A stretch of DNA of 64,000 nucleotides. Origin: Escherichia phage vB_vPM_PD114. The translations under genes were made by a program, and so were the position numbers. Position 1 is the first letter of the stretch. Every line of letters starts with the position of its first letter. Shown piece after piece: positions 23,887 through 33,066 of the stretch. A model generated the notes under the pieces. That model saw nothing but the letters and a program-made list of their open reading frames with translations, ran no database searches and was not told the origin of the DNA. The DNA lies in the sequence record MH675927.1. One strand, given 5' to 3'.

Positions 23887-24060
23887 ATGAGAAACTATGT
23901 AGCTAAACACGATTTCAATAGGGCTTCTTATCACAGAGATAAGAAGAACAGTTATTCGCGTAAATGGGATCTGGAGGAAGAATTAGATTATGATTACAGA
24001 AGAACAATGGAAGGAGATTTTGGAGAATGCACAACCGATGGTAGTGAAGAAGATAGTTAA
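23887..24060 (+). CDS. small acidic protein (57 aa), not in ORF track
   Basis: AGGAGG-N8-ATG; MRNYVAKHDFNRASYHRDKKNSYSRKWDLEEELDYDYRRTMEGDFGECTTDGSEEDS. Confidence 0.3.
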   Translation: MRNYVAKHDFNRASYHRDKKNSYSRKWDLEEELDYDYRRTMEGDFGECTTDGSEEDS

Positions 24061-24095
24061 TAATTCACCAAGTCTCCCTAAAGTAAAATTTAAAG

Positions 24096-24527
24096 ATGAT
24101 GATACTGATTATGTTAATAAACCTACTGAAGAATAAATGGGTTAGGTATTTTGTTCTTATTATAGCATTGTTTGGTGGTTTGTATATTGGTTTAAACAAA
24201 TTACACGATGATGTGTATGCACAAGGCTACAACGCAGGTGTTGCTAAACAAGAACAAATATTACAACAAAACCAAATTAAAGCAAAACAGCAATTCGATA
24301 TTTTACAAGCAAAAGCAGATTCAGAAAGATCTAAATTGAATGAAAAAATTCATTCATTAACGAAAGAAAAAAATGATCTTCTTATACAATTGGATAAGAA
24401 GAGTAATAACATAACACAAGAGAGAATAGATTATGCGAAAACATCTTCTGGCGCTATGTCTTGTTTTAGCCCTAATGATGACGGGTTGCGCATCATCAAC
24501 AACAGCTTCCCAGCCTCTACTGATTGA
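24096..24527 (+). CDS. i-spanin-like protein (N-terminal TM helix + coiled coil)
   Basis: TM segment VRYFVLIIALFGGLYIGL followed by Q/K-rich coiled coil; 3' end overlapped by a lipoprotein ORF in another frame. Confidence 0.4.
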   Translation: MMILIMLINLLKNKWVRYFVLIIALFGGLYIGLNKLHDDVYAQGYNAGVAKQEQILQQNQIKAKQQFDILQAKADSERSKLNEKIHSLTKEKNDLLIQLDKKSNNITQERIDYAKTSSGAMSCFSPNDDGLRIINNSFPASTD

Positions 24528-24762
24528 GCAGTGTAAAGCTGTAGCAACACAACAAATAAAAGCCCCTGATTCTGTTAGTATGGAGAAACCATCTACCCCT
24601 GTTTTATATACTCCTAATCAAATAAAGAAAGGAGTTACAAGATCAGAGGTAGTTGATAATCAAACTTTAAACAACGCTTTGTGGGAAAAAGATAGGATAA
24701 AACTTATCAGTTTGCAAAACTATATTAAAACATTACAAAGCGAAGGAATAATTTCTAATTAG
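24433..24762 (+). CDS. o-spanin-like outer-membrane lipoprotein, overlapping the i-spanin-like gene
   Basis: MRKHLLALCLVLALMMTGC lipoprotein signal/lipobox-like; starts within the 3' part of the previous ORF in a different frame. Confidence 0.4.
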   Translation: MRKHLLALCLVLALMMTGCASSTTASQPLLIEQCKAVATQQIKAPDSVSMEKPSTPVLYTPNQIKKGVTRSEVVDNQTLNNALWEKDRIKLISLQNYIKTLQSEGIISN

Positions 24763-24770
24763 GAGGAGAT

Positions 24771-26009
24771 GTGGCAAGGAAACCTGTCAAACAATCTTTT
24801 GAAAATGTAGATATTGAAGTTAAAGCCCAACCTGGCAAACAAACACTAGCTATGGATCTTATGCCTGAAGTAATGATTTATGGTGGTGCGGCAGGTTGTG
24901 TTTCAGCAGAAACAGAATACTTAACAAGAGACGGTTGGAAACAAATAAGTGAATATGATGGTGAGGATATTTATCAATACAATCCAAGAAACAAACGTCT
25001 TGAATTAGTTACACCATCTTTTGTAGAATATGATGCTAAAGATAATCTGTATTGTATTACAAACGGAGTAGGTGTCTTCCAAGAATTAAGTATGGAACAT
25101 CGCTTTGTTTTCTACAAGAAGAAAAAATCCAAAAAACATTTTGAAATTCTTGTTGGGGATCTTATTGCACTACAGCAAGCAGGACACCCATTACGAGGAT
25201 ATATTGAAAATCCTTTTGGTAAACGTGTTCCGTTTAACATTCAAGGTAAACCTAGCACATATCTAAAAATTCATGAGGTAATGACAAGTGATGATAAGAA
25301 ATATTGCTTTGAAACTCCAAGCAGTTATGTCGTGTTTAGACGTGGCGATCACATCTTCGTTACTGGGAATAGCGGCAAAAGCCGTCTGCTACTTCTAAAA
25401 GCACTTAAATACGCATATAAAGATCCACTGTTTGGTGGTATTCTTTTCCGTAAAAATACAACAGCTTTACGTAAATCTGGTGGTTTGTTTACTGAAGCTA
25501 AAAAACTTTATCTACCATTAAAGCCTCACGTAAGAGAACAGGCTATGGAGATGGAGTTCAGAGCCACAAAAGGTGGCACACTTAAATTTGACCATCTTGA
25601 AAATGATAACGTAACTGCTGAAACTAACCATCAAGGTACACAGTATTCGATGGTAGGGTTTGACGAACTTACACATTTTACACAATATGAAATGCTGTAT
25701 CTGTTAGGGCGTATGCGTTCTGAATCAGAAACATCTTTTATGCTGTGTACTTGTAACCCTGATGCTGACAGTTGGGTGTTGAAATGGGTACTTCCTTATT
25801 TGGATGAAGCTGGTTATCCACGGGAAGATATGTGTGGCAAACAGCTATACTTTCTTATTGTGCAAGATGAACCAGTATTTGCTGAAACAGCAGAAGAGTT
25901 GAAAGAAAAGTATCCTGAAAACTGTTTTATGCAAAACCCAAACACAGGTGAAACAGTGGTTATTGAACCACAAACATTTGTGTTCATTGGTGGAACCATT
26001 AATCAATAG
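24771..26009 (+). CDS. terminase large subunit, ATPase domain (contains mini-intein in Walker A)
   Basis: GTG start after AGGAGG; YGGAAG|C...intein...N|SGKS reconstitutes P-loop GGAAGSGKS; Walker B SMVGFDELTHF; followed by portal gene downstream. Confidence 0.7.
   Translation: MARKPVKQSFENVDIEVKAQPGKQTLAMDLMPEVMIYGGAAGCVSAETEYLTRDGWKQISEYDGEDIYQYNPRNKRLELVTPSFVEYDAKDNLYCITNGVGVFQELSMEHRFVFYKKKKSKKHFEILVGDLIALQQAGHPLRGYIENPFGKRVPFNIQGKPSTYLKIHEVMTSDDKKYCFETPSSYVVFRRGDHIFVTGNSGKSRLLLLKALKYAYKDPLFGGILFRKNTTALRKSGGLFTEAKKLYLPLKPHVREQAMEMEFRATKGGTLKFDHLENDNVTAETNHQGTQYSMVGFDELTHFTQYEMLYLLGRMRSESETSFMLCTCNPDADSWVLKWVLPYLDEAGYPREDMCGKQLYFLIVQDEPVFAETAEELKEKYPENCFMQNPNTGETVVIEPQTFVFIGGTINQ
24897..25370 (+). 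mobile_element. mini-intein (158 aa) inserted in the terminase Walker A motif
   Basis: Starts CVSAETEYLTRDGW (block A-like, Cys1), ends ...DHIFVTGN followed by Ser (+1); flanking extein residues join to a canonical P-loop. Confidence 0.6.
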
Positions 26010-26063
26010 TGGCTTTGTGCAGCGATGCACATCGAATAACTTTGTTAATTGCTGGGAAGTCTA

Positions 26064-26092
26064 TTGACAAATAGATAATCAGCAGCTATAAT
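26064..26092 (+). promoter_or_regulatory. consensus sigma70 promoter TTGACA-N17-TATAAT driving the HNH endonuclease gene
   Basis: Exact -35 and -10 consensus hexamers, 17-nt spacer. Confidence 0.55.
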
Positions 26093-26124
26093 CACTTCTC
26101 CAAAAATATTAGTAGGAGAGTAAA

Positions 26125-26805
26125 ATGAAAAACTTAGATTTCATCGGATACCCGCATTATTGCGCCACATACGATGGTCGTATTTTTAGTTTATACACCC
26201 AAAAATTCCTAAGCGAAAATAAGATGCTTGGAGATTACAAGGGAGTAACCATTTGTGAAAATGGTAACAGGATAGAAGAATTACAGCACAGGTTGATAGC
26301 AAAAGCATTTGTGCCTAACCCTGAAAATAAGCCTTTTGTTAATCACAAAGATGGCAACAAACTTAATAATTGTGCAGACAATCTTGAGTGGACAACAGAA
26401 CAAGAGAATACTCTTCACGCTATGTCCACAGGGTTAAGACGAACAGAAGTCATAAATGACTACAGACCTATTCCAGACACTGTTGCTGTGGAAATTTGCA
26501 AACTGTTAGAGCAAGGATCACGTAACAAAGATATCTGTCAGATGTATAATGTGGCACAATCTGTTGTTAGTGATATAAAAGCTGGCAGAACATATAAAGA
26601 CATTTCACAAGACTTTAACTTTAGAAAAATACCCTCTTCCAACAGAATAAGTGAAGATAAAGTCTTAGGGATTTGTGAAAAGCTGCAAGAAAATATTCTA
26701 TCAATAAATAAAATAGCTAAAAAATACGGCGTAAGTTTTAATGTAGTTAAGAGTATTAAAGATAGGAAAACCTATACGTACTTATCTAATAACTACAATT
26801 GGTGA
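26125..26805 (+). CDS. HNH homing endonuclease (HNH_3-type with C-terminal DNA-binding region) inserted within the terminase gene
   Basis: VNHKDGNKLNNCADNLEWTTEQEN core motif; RBS GGAGAG; located between the two terminase reading frames. Confidence 0.65.
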   Translation: MKNLDFIGYPHYCATYDGRIFSLYTQKFLSENKMLGDYKGVTICENGNRIEELQHRLIAKAFVPNPENKPFVNHKDGNKLNNCADNLEWTTEQENTLHAMSTGLRRTEVINDYRPIPDTVAVEICKLLEQGSRNKDICQMYNVAQSVVSDIKAGRTYKDISQDFNFRKIPSSNRISEDKVLGICEKLQENILSINKIAKKYGVSFNVVKSIKDRKTYTYLSNNYNW

Positions 26806-27017
26806 TGTAGTTCAACGACTATCCCGAAAGGGAGTAGGGCAGAAGCAAATGCTGCTCGAAAAGCAAAGCATCTCTTAGGAGATGATGATATAGTCTATTC
26901 TGCACAGTGATGTGCAGCAGTTCATAAGAGAACGTGGAGTAGAGTTGCGACTACTCCAGAATAAAAAGATTTGATAACCCTGAACTAATAAGACTTAACC
27001 CTAAATACTTAGCTTCT

Positions 27018-27824
27018 TTGAAGGCTCAAACCGCCGTTAAGAGAGCACAGCTTTTAGATGGTTGTTGGTTTGCTCGTGCGCAAGAAGAGAGTTTCTTTAA
27101 CAGAGAATGGTTACACGTTATCAAGTTTAAAGATTTACCAAACAATCTTAAATATATGCGAGCGTGGGATAAAGCAGTATCTGTTCCAACAGAATCTTAT
27201 CGTTATCCTGACTACACAACATCTGTTAAAATGGCTAAAGACTCTGATGGAAATTATTACATTTTTGGTGATTATGATTATGATGCTCACGATGAAGGTA
27301 GTAAAATTTTTGGTAGATTCAGAAGACTACCAGGTGATCGAGATAATTTAATTCTAAACCAATGTAAGATTGATGGAGATGAAGTTACAGTTGTATTGCC
27401 AAAAGATCCTTCTGGTGCTGGTTTGATTGAATATACAGAATCAGCTAAAAAACTAATTGCTGAAGGGTTTGTTGTTAAACCAGACGCTATGCCTGGTAAC
27501 AAGAAAAAGTTACAACGCTTTATGCCATTTAGTAGTGCTTGTCAAAATGGTTTTGTTTATATTGTAGAAGAATCTTTCCCTAATAAAGAAACTCTTGATC
27601 ATTTCTATAAAGAGATGGAGTCGTTTAATGGAGAAAGATCTACAGCAACATTAAAAGATGATATTCCAGATGCTGCTGCATCTTGCTTTAATACTTTGTC
27701 AAAAGAACAGATGTTTAAAGCAGTAGCAATACCTTCTGCAACAAATGCATTAACAGGGTATGGTAAGATGGGTGGAAGATCAAGAAACTCTTTATCTTCT
27801 CCATATAGTATCAGAGGAAGATAA
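27018..27824 (+). CDS. terminase large subunit, C-terminal (nuclease-domain) part; true 5' end uncertain
   Basis: In the same frame as the N-terminal terminase ORF; frame open from 26943; track start is TTG; position between ATPase part and portal. Confidence 0.45.
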   Translation: MKAQTAVKRAQLLDGCWFARAQEESFFNREWLHVIKFKDLPNNLKYMRAWDKAVSVPTESYRYPDYTTSVKMAKDSDGNYYIFGDYDYDAHDEGSKIFGRFRRLPGDRDNLILNQCKIDGDEVTVVLPKDPSGAGLIEYTESAKKLIAEGFVVKPDAMPGNKKKLQRFMPFSSACQNGFVYIVEESFPNKETLDHFYKEMESFNGERSTATLKDDIPDAAASCFNTLSKEQMFKAVAIPSATNALTGYGKMGGRSRNSLSSPYSIRGR

Positions 27825-27827
27825 ATC

Positions 27828-27857
27828 TTGACAAAACTATTTAAAATATGTTAAAGT
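27828..27857 (+). promoter_or_regulatory. sigma70-like promoter TTGACA-N18-TAAAGT
   Basis: Read directly; upstream of portal gene. Confidence 0.4.
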
Positions 27858-27921
27858 AGCATTATATGTCTACCCCTTCAATGGGGTAGAGTCATTTGTC
27901 CAGCATTAGCGGAGGTTCTGA

Positions 27922-29490
27922 GTGTCTACAGGTAAGCGTAAGTACACTAAAAGATCGGATTACTGGAACAAAGGCTCAACTGAAAAAGCTGCACTGTCTC
28001 CAACACAAAGTGCAACTAAAGAGAAGAACTTGGTACTTTCACCAGAAATAGGTACTATTGGTCTTAATTCGATTAAAGCCTTTACGAACTTCATGCAACC
28101 GTATGAAACTCGCTTCCCAGAAAACATCCGAACATACAAAGAAATGGGAGAAGACCCTGACGTAGCTACTGCTCTTGATGCTACGTATATCTTTGTAGAT
28201 AGAGCATTCTTTGATTTTAAAATAAAATACAATGTTAGTTCAGCTAAGTCAAGACGTGCTGCAAAGTTTGTAGACTACACACTTCGCAACATGAATGCAC
28301 CACTAAGACAGTATGTACGCTCCTTGCTAACATATAAGCAATTTGGGTTTGCATTTGCAGAAAAGGTGTATGAACTTGATGAAGATCCAAAAAGCCCGTA
28401 TTTTGGTTATTACCGTCTTGTTAAATTGGCGTTTAGACCCCAGGATACAATTGATTTGGCACAACCTTTCACCTATTCTGATGACGGTCGCACTATTCTT
28501 ACGGTAAACCAAAACATTACTAATGCAATGGTAAGCCCCGGTACTAACGCAACTCTGATAGGAAGAAAAGAAATTCCTATGGAGAAAGTTATTTACGTAG
28601 GGAGCAACATTACAGAGAATAATCCATTAGGTGTAAGCCCACTTCTTGCAGTATATAGAAGTTGGCGTGAAAAATCTCTGATTCAAGAATACGAAGTTGT
28701 TGGTGTTTCGAAAGACTTAGGCGGTATGCCAGTGTTGATGGTTCCAAGTGATATTCTCAACAGGGCATCACTAAACCCAAGCGGGGATGAAGCACAATCT
28801 TTACGTGTTCTGCAAGCAAATATCGCTAACTTACACGCAGGTGAACAATCTTATATGGTGTTACCTTCTGATGTTTATGAAGGTACTGTTATGCGCCAGT
28901 ATGATCTTGTATTCCAAGGTGTTGAGGGTAGTGGTAAGCAATTCGATACACAGGCTCTAATAAAACAACGTAAATTAGATATCTACAACAGATTTGGTGC
29001 AGGTGTTCTGATTATGGGTGATGGAGAAGGTGGTAGTTACTCTTTGTCAGATAACAAACAAACCCTTCTTTCACATTTTATTGAGCGTGATGTAGATATT
29101 ATTACAGAAGCACTAAATACTCAAGTAATTCCCCAACTTCTACGTTTGAACGGTATTTTCTTATCTCAAGAAGATATGCCTAAATTTGTTAGTGACGATA
29201 TTGGTGATCCTGATATTGAAGTTAATGCTAAGGCAATCCAACAAATCGTAGCTGCTGGTGCAATACCATTAACGCCAGAAGTAATTAATGAATTCTTCGA
29301 ACGTTTAGGTTTCAATTATAGAATACCTGATGATATTGTTGCTGATCCAGATAAGTTCCAAGAGTTCCTTGAGACTTTTATGCCAGATAAGACTTCAAGA
29401 TCTGGTGATGGTTTAGCGGCTGGTGCTGGTAATGGAACGTCAACATCTCCTGCTGCATTAGATACATCGGCAGCAAATTTGGCAAATTAA
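27922..29490 (+). CDS. portal protein (putative)
   Basis: 522 aa ORF immediately after terminase; GTG start after GCGGAGG; size and position typical. Confidence 0.55.
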   Translation: MSTGKRKYTKRSDYWNKGSTEKAALSPTQSATKEKNLVLSPEIGTIGLNSIKAFTNFMQPYETRFPENIRTYKEMGEDPDVATALDATYIFVDRAFFDFKIKYNVSSAKSRRAAKFVDYTLRNMNAPLRQYVRSLLTYKQFGFAFAEKVYELDEDPKSPYFGYYRLVKLAFRPQDTIDLAQPFTYSDDGRTILTVNQNITNAMVSPGTNATLIGRKEIPMEKVIYVGSNITENNPLGVSPLLAVYRSWREKSLIQEYEVVGVSKDLGGMPVLMVPSDILNRASLNPSGDEAQSLRVLQANIANLHAGEQSYMVLPSDVYEGTVMRQYDLVFQGVEGSGKQFDTQALIKQRKLDIYNRFGAGVLIMGDGEGGSYSLSDNKQTLLSHFIERDVDIITEALNTQVIPQLLRLNGIFLSQEDMPKFVSDDIGDPDIEVNAKAIQQIVAAGAIPLTPEVINEFFERLGFNYRIPDDIVADPDKFQEFLETFMPDKTSRSGDGLAAGAGNGTSTSPAALDTSAANLAN

Positions 29491-29521
29491 AAATATTTTT
29501 AAAAATTTTTTAATTTAGGTA

Positions 29522-29550
29522 TTGACAAATAAGCAAATATCCTGTAGACT
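29522..29550 (+). promoter_or_regulatory. sigma70-like promoter TTGACA-N17-TAGACT
   Basis: Read directly. Confidence 0.4.
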
Positions 29551-29586
29551 AAGATTTATGGGATATTTGTTTTTATGAGGAACCGT

Positions 29587-30066
29587 ATGGAACTTAATAA
29601 AGACACGCTTTGGGAACTCTATAAAACGTTCAGTGGAACGAAAGAGAAAAAGCAAACCCAACAAAATTCCACTCCAGAAGAAACACCTGCTACTATCGTC
29701 AAACAAAATAAATTTGACGAAGAAAAAATGCAAGTGATTGAAGTGATGTATTGTCCACCAGAACACGATGACCTCCACGGTGAACGTATGTCTGAAATTG
29801 AAATCAGAAAGATGGTTGACAACTTCAACGCAAATATTACTAACGTAAGTGGTAATCTTGGTCATATCAAAAACACCGATAAATTTAAACCAGTTAAGGC
29901 TTGGGTTAATGAAGTCGATTGTTATATTGGTGACGAGTTTGTTGTTGAAGGAACACCACTCGTTAAAATTCAATTCTATGATCCTGAACTGTATGAAGCA
30001 AGAAAGAACGGCGTTCTTAAAGGTTTAAGCATTGGTGCAGTAGGATGTAAAGTGAAGAAGGATTAA
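29587..30066 (+). CDS. head morphogenesis protein (possible prohead protease)
   Basis: Position between portal and scaffold; start moved to ATG after GAGG (track 29575). Confidence 0.3.
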   Translation: MELNKDTLWELYKTFSGTKEKKQTQQNSTPEETPATIVKQNKFDEEKMQVIEVMYCPPEHDDLHGERMSEIEIRKMVDNFNANITNVSGNLGHIKNTDKFKPVKAWVNEVDCYIGDEFVVEGTPLVKIQFYDPELYEARKNGVLKGLSIGAVGCKVKKD

Positions 30067-30068
30067 TT

Positions 30069-31184
30069 GTGGCACATACATATCTAGCTGACGTAGACTT
30101 TTCGGGTAAAGCTACGGAAGATTCTTGCGGAGCACACATTGCTTACACCTTCGAATTTCAAGGTGGTGCTGCTTCTGGCTTTAATACCCCTCTACTTTTT
30201 AAATCTGGCGACAACCCAGACATTAGCTTCACTAAATTAGAAGCTCTAGAAAAAATGGGTGAAGACGTTACTGAATTACGTAAATCATATATGAACCAAC
30301 TTATGGGATCATTATCTGATGCCGTTCGTGAAAAATACGAATCTGGTTGGGATTGGGTTTATGTAGTCGATGCCGATTTTGATAATGGCATTGTTATTTT
30401 CTGTTCTGACTATGGAATGTTCTCTACTGATTTTACCATTAACGGACTTCTTGTTGAAGTTGGTGATGTTGCAAAACCAGTAGTACAAACAACGGACTAT
30501 GAAGTAGTAGACGGTGATGTTTTAGTTTCCCTGGATTTCTTTGATAACTTGATTGATGATGCTCTAGGTGATTTAGTTAAGAGCGCAATTAAGTTTGATC
30601 ACGTAAAAGATTATTTAGTAAAAGCTCACGAAGCTCGTACTAATAAAGACTCTGTGATTGCAGAGGATAATCCAGCAGATCTTGAATCTGCAAACACAAC
30701 CGATATAAATAAAGGAGATACCCCTTTGGAAAATATTAACAAAGAAGAATTCCTGAAATCTGCTGAGGTGCAAGACCTTATTAAAGCACAGATTGCAGAA
30801 GCGGTAGAAAAAGCTGCTGCTGAAGCTCGTGCAGAGGCAGAAGCTAAAGCACAGGAAGAAATCAACAAAGCTAAGGCAGAAGCCGAAGAACTTCGTAAAG
30901 CAGAAATTGCTCGTATCGAAGAAGACTATACCAATGTAATTAAGTCTTATGGCTATGTTGAAGAAGACAAAGTTGAAGCACTTGTTAAATACCTAGTAGA
31001 TAACAAAGAAATTGCTGAAACTGTTGTTACTGCATTTGAAAAAGCTCGCGAAGAAGTTGAAACAGTTAAGAAAGAATTTGGCAAAGAAGTAGGTGTTGAT
31101 GTTGAAAACAAAGAACCTGTTGCTAAATCTGCTTCTGAACTGATTCGTCAAAAAGCTGCTGAACTTAAAAAAGCCCAGAAATAA
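30069..31184 (+). CDS. scaffolding protein (putative)
   Basis: Ala/Glu/Lys-rich coiled-coil C-terminal half (AEAVEKAAAEARAEAEAKAQEEINKAKAEAEELRKAEIARIEE); precedes capsid gene. Confidence 0.5.
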   Translation: MAHTYLADVDFSGKATEDSCGAHIAYTFEFQGGAASGFNTPLLFKSGDNPDISFTKLEALEKMGEDVTELRKSYMNQLMGSLSDAVREKYESGWDWVYVVDADFDNGIVIFCSDYGMFSTDFTINGLLVEVGDVAKPVVQTTDYEVVDGDVLVSLDFFDNLIDDALGDLVKSAIKFDHVKDYLVKAHEARTNKDSVIAEDNPADLESANTTDINKGDTPLENINKEEFLKSAEVQDLIKAQIAEAVEKAAAEARAEAEAKAQEEINKAKAEAEELRKAEIARIEEDYTNVIKSYGYVEEDKVEALVKYLVDNKEIAETVVTAFEKAREEVETVKKEFGKEVGVDVENKEPVAKSASELIRQKAAELKKAQK

Positions 31185-31202
31185 TCTAAGGAGATTTAAT
31201 TA

Positions 31203-31595
31203 ATGGCAACTGGAATTTCTTTATCAAACTACCGCCAGGAATTTGGACACCTTGTTCTGGGTGGAGTATTTAGTTCTGACCTAGGTCACTGTGTTCGTGA
31301 AGTGAACCTGGTTAAAACTGCAACCATGAAAATTGGTTCTGTACTGAAAGCTGACAACACAGAAGCTGCTTCTGCTGGTGAAGCTGTTAAAGTTCTGCTG
31401 TGGACTGACGCACTGTTCGGGATCGATGATGTTGCAGTAGGTGACACTTTCACCGCAGTTGTTGGTGTACGTGACCTGACTCTCAACCGTTATGCAGTTT
31501 ACTACAAGAGTGGTGATCTGATTGATGACGCTGGCGTTGCAGCACTGGAAACTCACGATCTGAAACTGACTGAAAAAGTTGTTTTCACTTCTTAA
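31203..31595 (+). CDS. head decoration / minor capsid protein (putative)
   Basis: 130 aa ORF between scaffold and major capsid gene; high-expression-style codon usage. Confidence 0.3.
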   Translation: MATGISLSNYRQEFGHLVLGGVFSSDLGHCVREVNLVKTATMKIGSVLKADNTEAASAGEAVKVLLWTDALFGIDDVAVGDTFTAVVGVRDLTLNRYAVYYKSGDLIDDAGVAALETHDLKLTEKVVFTS

Positions 31596-31616
31596 TTTTT
31601 AATAGGAGATTTATAC

Positions 31617-32618
31617 ATGCCAGCTATTATCTTAGATCAGGTTGTTGACTTTAGCCCAATGATTGAGCTACAAGAAACTCCTGATACACTTATCGCAAGT
31701 CTGAACCTGTTTGATGTTCAGTATCATGCTACCACTGCTATCGAAATTGGCAGACAGAAAAATGCAGATGGTCTGATCCCAGCACGTGAACGTGGTGGTG
31801 AGCGTAACTTCCTGACTATGGACGCTCCAAGCGTTAAAGTCTTCCGTATTCCGTTCTTCCCTCTGGATAAGAACATTAAGGCACAGGATATTCAATCCTT
31901 CCGTAGCTTCGCTATGGGTGGCATCAATGATAACCTGCGTACCGAAGCGGAAGTTGTTAACCGCTATATGACTCAAATCCTGCGTGATGTTGCAAAAACT
32001 AAAGAAAAAATCTTTGCAGAAGCAGTAATGGGTCGTGCATACAATGGTGTTGGTGGTGCAGCTAACTCTGCATACAACTGGTACACCGAATGGGGTGCTA
32101 CCCAGAAATCAGTATCTGTAGATTTCTCTTCTACTACTGTTTCTCCGGCTGCTACCATTGAGAAAGAAGCTCGTGCATACATCATCGATCAGAAACAAGA
32201 CGGTTCTACCGCTACTCGTATCGTTGCTCTGTGCTCTCGTGAGTTCTTTGCTTCTCTGGTTAACTCTCCGTTTGTTCGCCAGGCTTATCAATACTTCCAA
32301 GGTACTCCTAACCTTCTGCGTGACCGCCTAAGCGGTAATATGGACGTTCAAGTATTCGAATGGAATGGTGTAACCTACATCGAAGATATCCACGGTAACA
32401 TTCCTGCTGGTGAAGCGTTTGTTCTGCCAATGGGTATTCCAGATATGTTCCAGGCGCACTATGCTCCAGCGGATACTCCAGAACTGGCTAACACTGTTGC
32501 TCGTGATCTGTATACCTTTATGGTATCTGAACACCGCACTGTACAGCTACAGTCTGAATTCTCCTTGCTGGCGGTTAATACCCGTCCAGAACTGGTAGTT
32601 AAACTGACTACTGCTTAA
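31617..32618 (+). CDS. major capsid protein (putative)
   Basis: 333 aa; strong RBS AGGAG; codon usage biased toward ctg/cgt/ggt; strong terminator follows. Confidence 0.55.
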   Translation: MPAIILDQVVDFSPMIELQETPDTLIASLNLFDVQYHATTAIEIGRQKNADGLIPARERGGERNFLTMDAPSVKVFRIPFFPLDKNIKAQDIQSFRSFAMGGINDNLRTEAEVVNRYMTQILRDVAKTKEKIFAEAVMGRAYNGVGGAANSAYNWYTEWGATQKSVSVDFSSTTVSPAATIEKEARAYIIDQKQDGSTATRIVALCSREFFASLVNSPFVRQAYQYFQGTPNLLRDRLSGNMDVQVFEWNGVTYIEDIHGNIPAGEAFVLPMGIPDMFQAHYAPADTPELANTVARDLYTFMVSEHRTVQLQSEFSLLAVNTRPELVVKLTTA

Positions 32619-32639
32619 TCCTTAACGGGATTCTAAAAA

Positions 32640-32666
32640 GCCTGCCCCTTGCGGGTGGGCTTTTTT
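32640..32666 (+). terminator. rho-independent terminator GCCTGCCC-CTTGC-GGGTGGGC + TTTTTT
   Basis: 8-bp stem (two G-U) followed by T6. Confidence 0.55.
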
Positions 32667-32685
32667 ATTATGTGTCCCACTAACA

Positions 32686-33054
32686 ATGAGAGGAAACACG
32701 ATTATGGGTAACGCTGTACTGAAAACATATTTTAGCTACCATGAAATGATTATGGATTTTGCTTCACTATCTCCTGCCTTAGATGCAGGTAAGACACTTA
32801 GTGTTGCTCCACCTATGTCATTCTATACTACAGATGGTAGAGTAGCCCTTGGCGGTAACTTTATTCACTTCTTAGTTCGTCTACGTGAAGAGACAGGGAT
32901 TCAGGTTCATCCTTTCGGAAGTGAAGAACATCCTGGCTACTATCTCGTTAGCTATGAAGATTATGCCCCTGTAGAATTAAAAACGCAAGATAAAATTGAA
33001 GTTAAAGCAGTAGACACACCAGCAAAGAAACGTGCACAGCGCACTAAAAAGTAA
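32686..33054 (+). CDS. hypothetical structural protein (start possibly at 32703)
   Basis: ORF track. Confidence 0.35.
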   Translation: MRGNTIMGNAVLKTYFSYHEMIMDFASLSPALDAGKTLSVAPPMSFYTTDGRVALGGNFIHFLVRLREETGIQVHPFGSEEHPGYYLVSYEDYAPVELKTQDKIEVKAVDTPAKKRAQRTKK

Positions 33055-33066
33055 CAGGAGGTTTAC

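Noticed and set aside
27058-29973. Antisense or alternative-frame ORFs inside terminase/portal/structural genes (e.g. 27058-27351, 27960-28232, 29515-29973, 43357-43695, 45411-45734)
   Set aside because: Overlap long structural ORFs that have clear RBSs and coupling; products are low-complexity.
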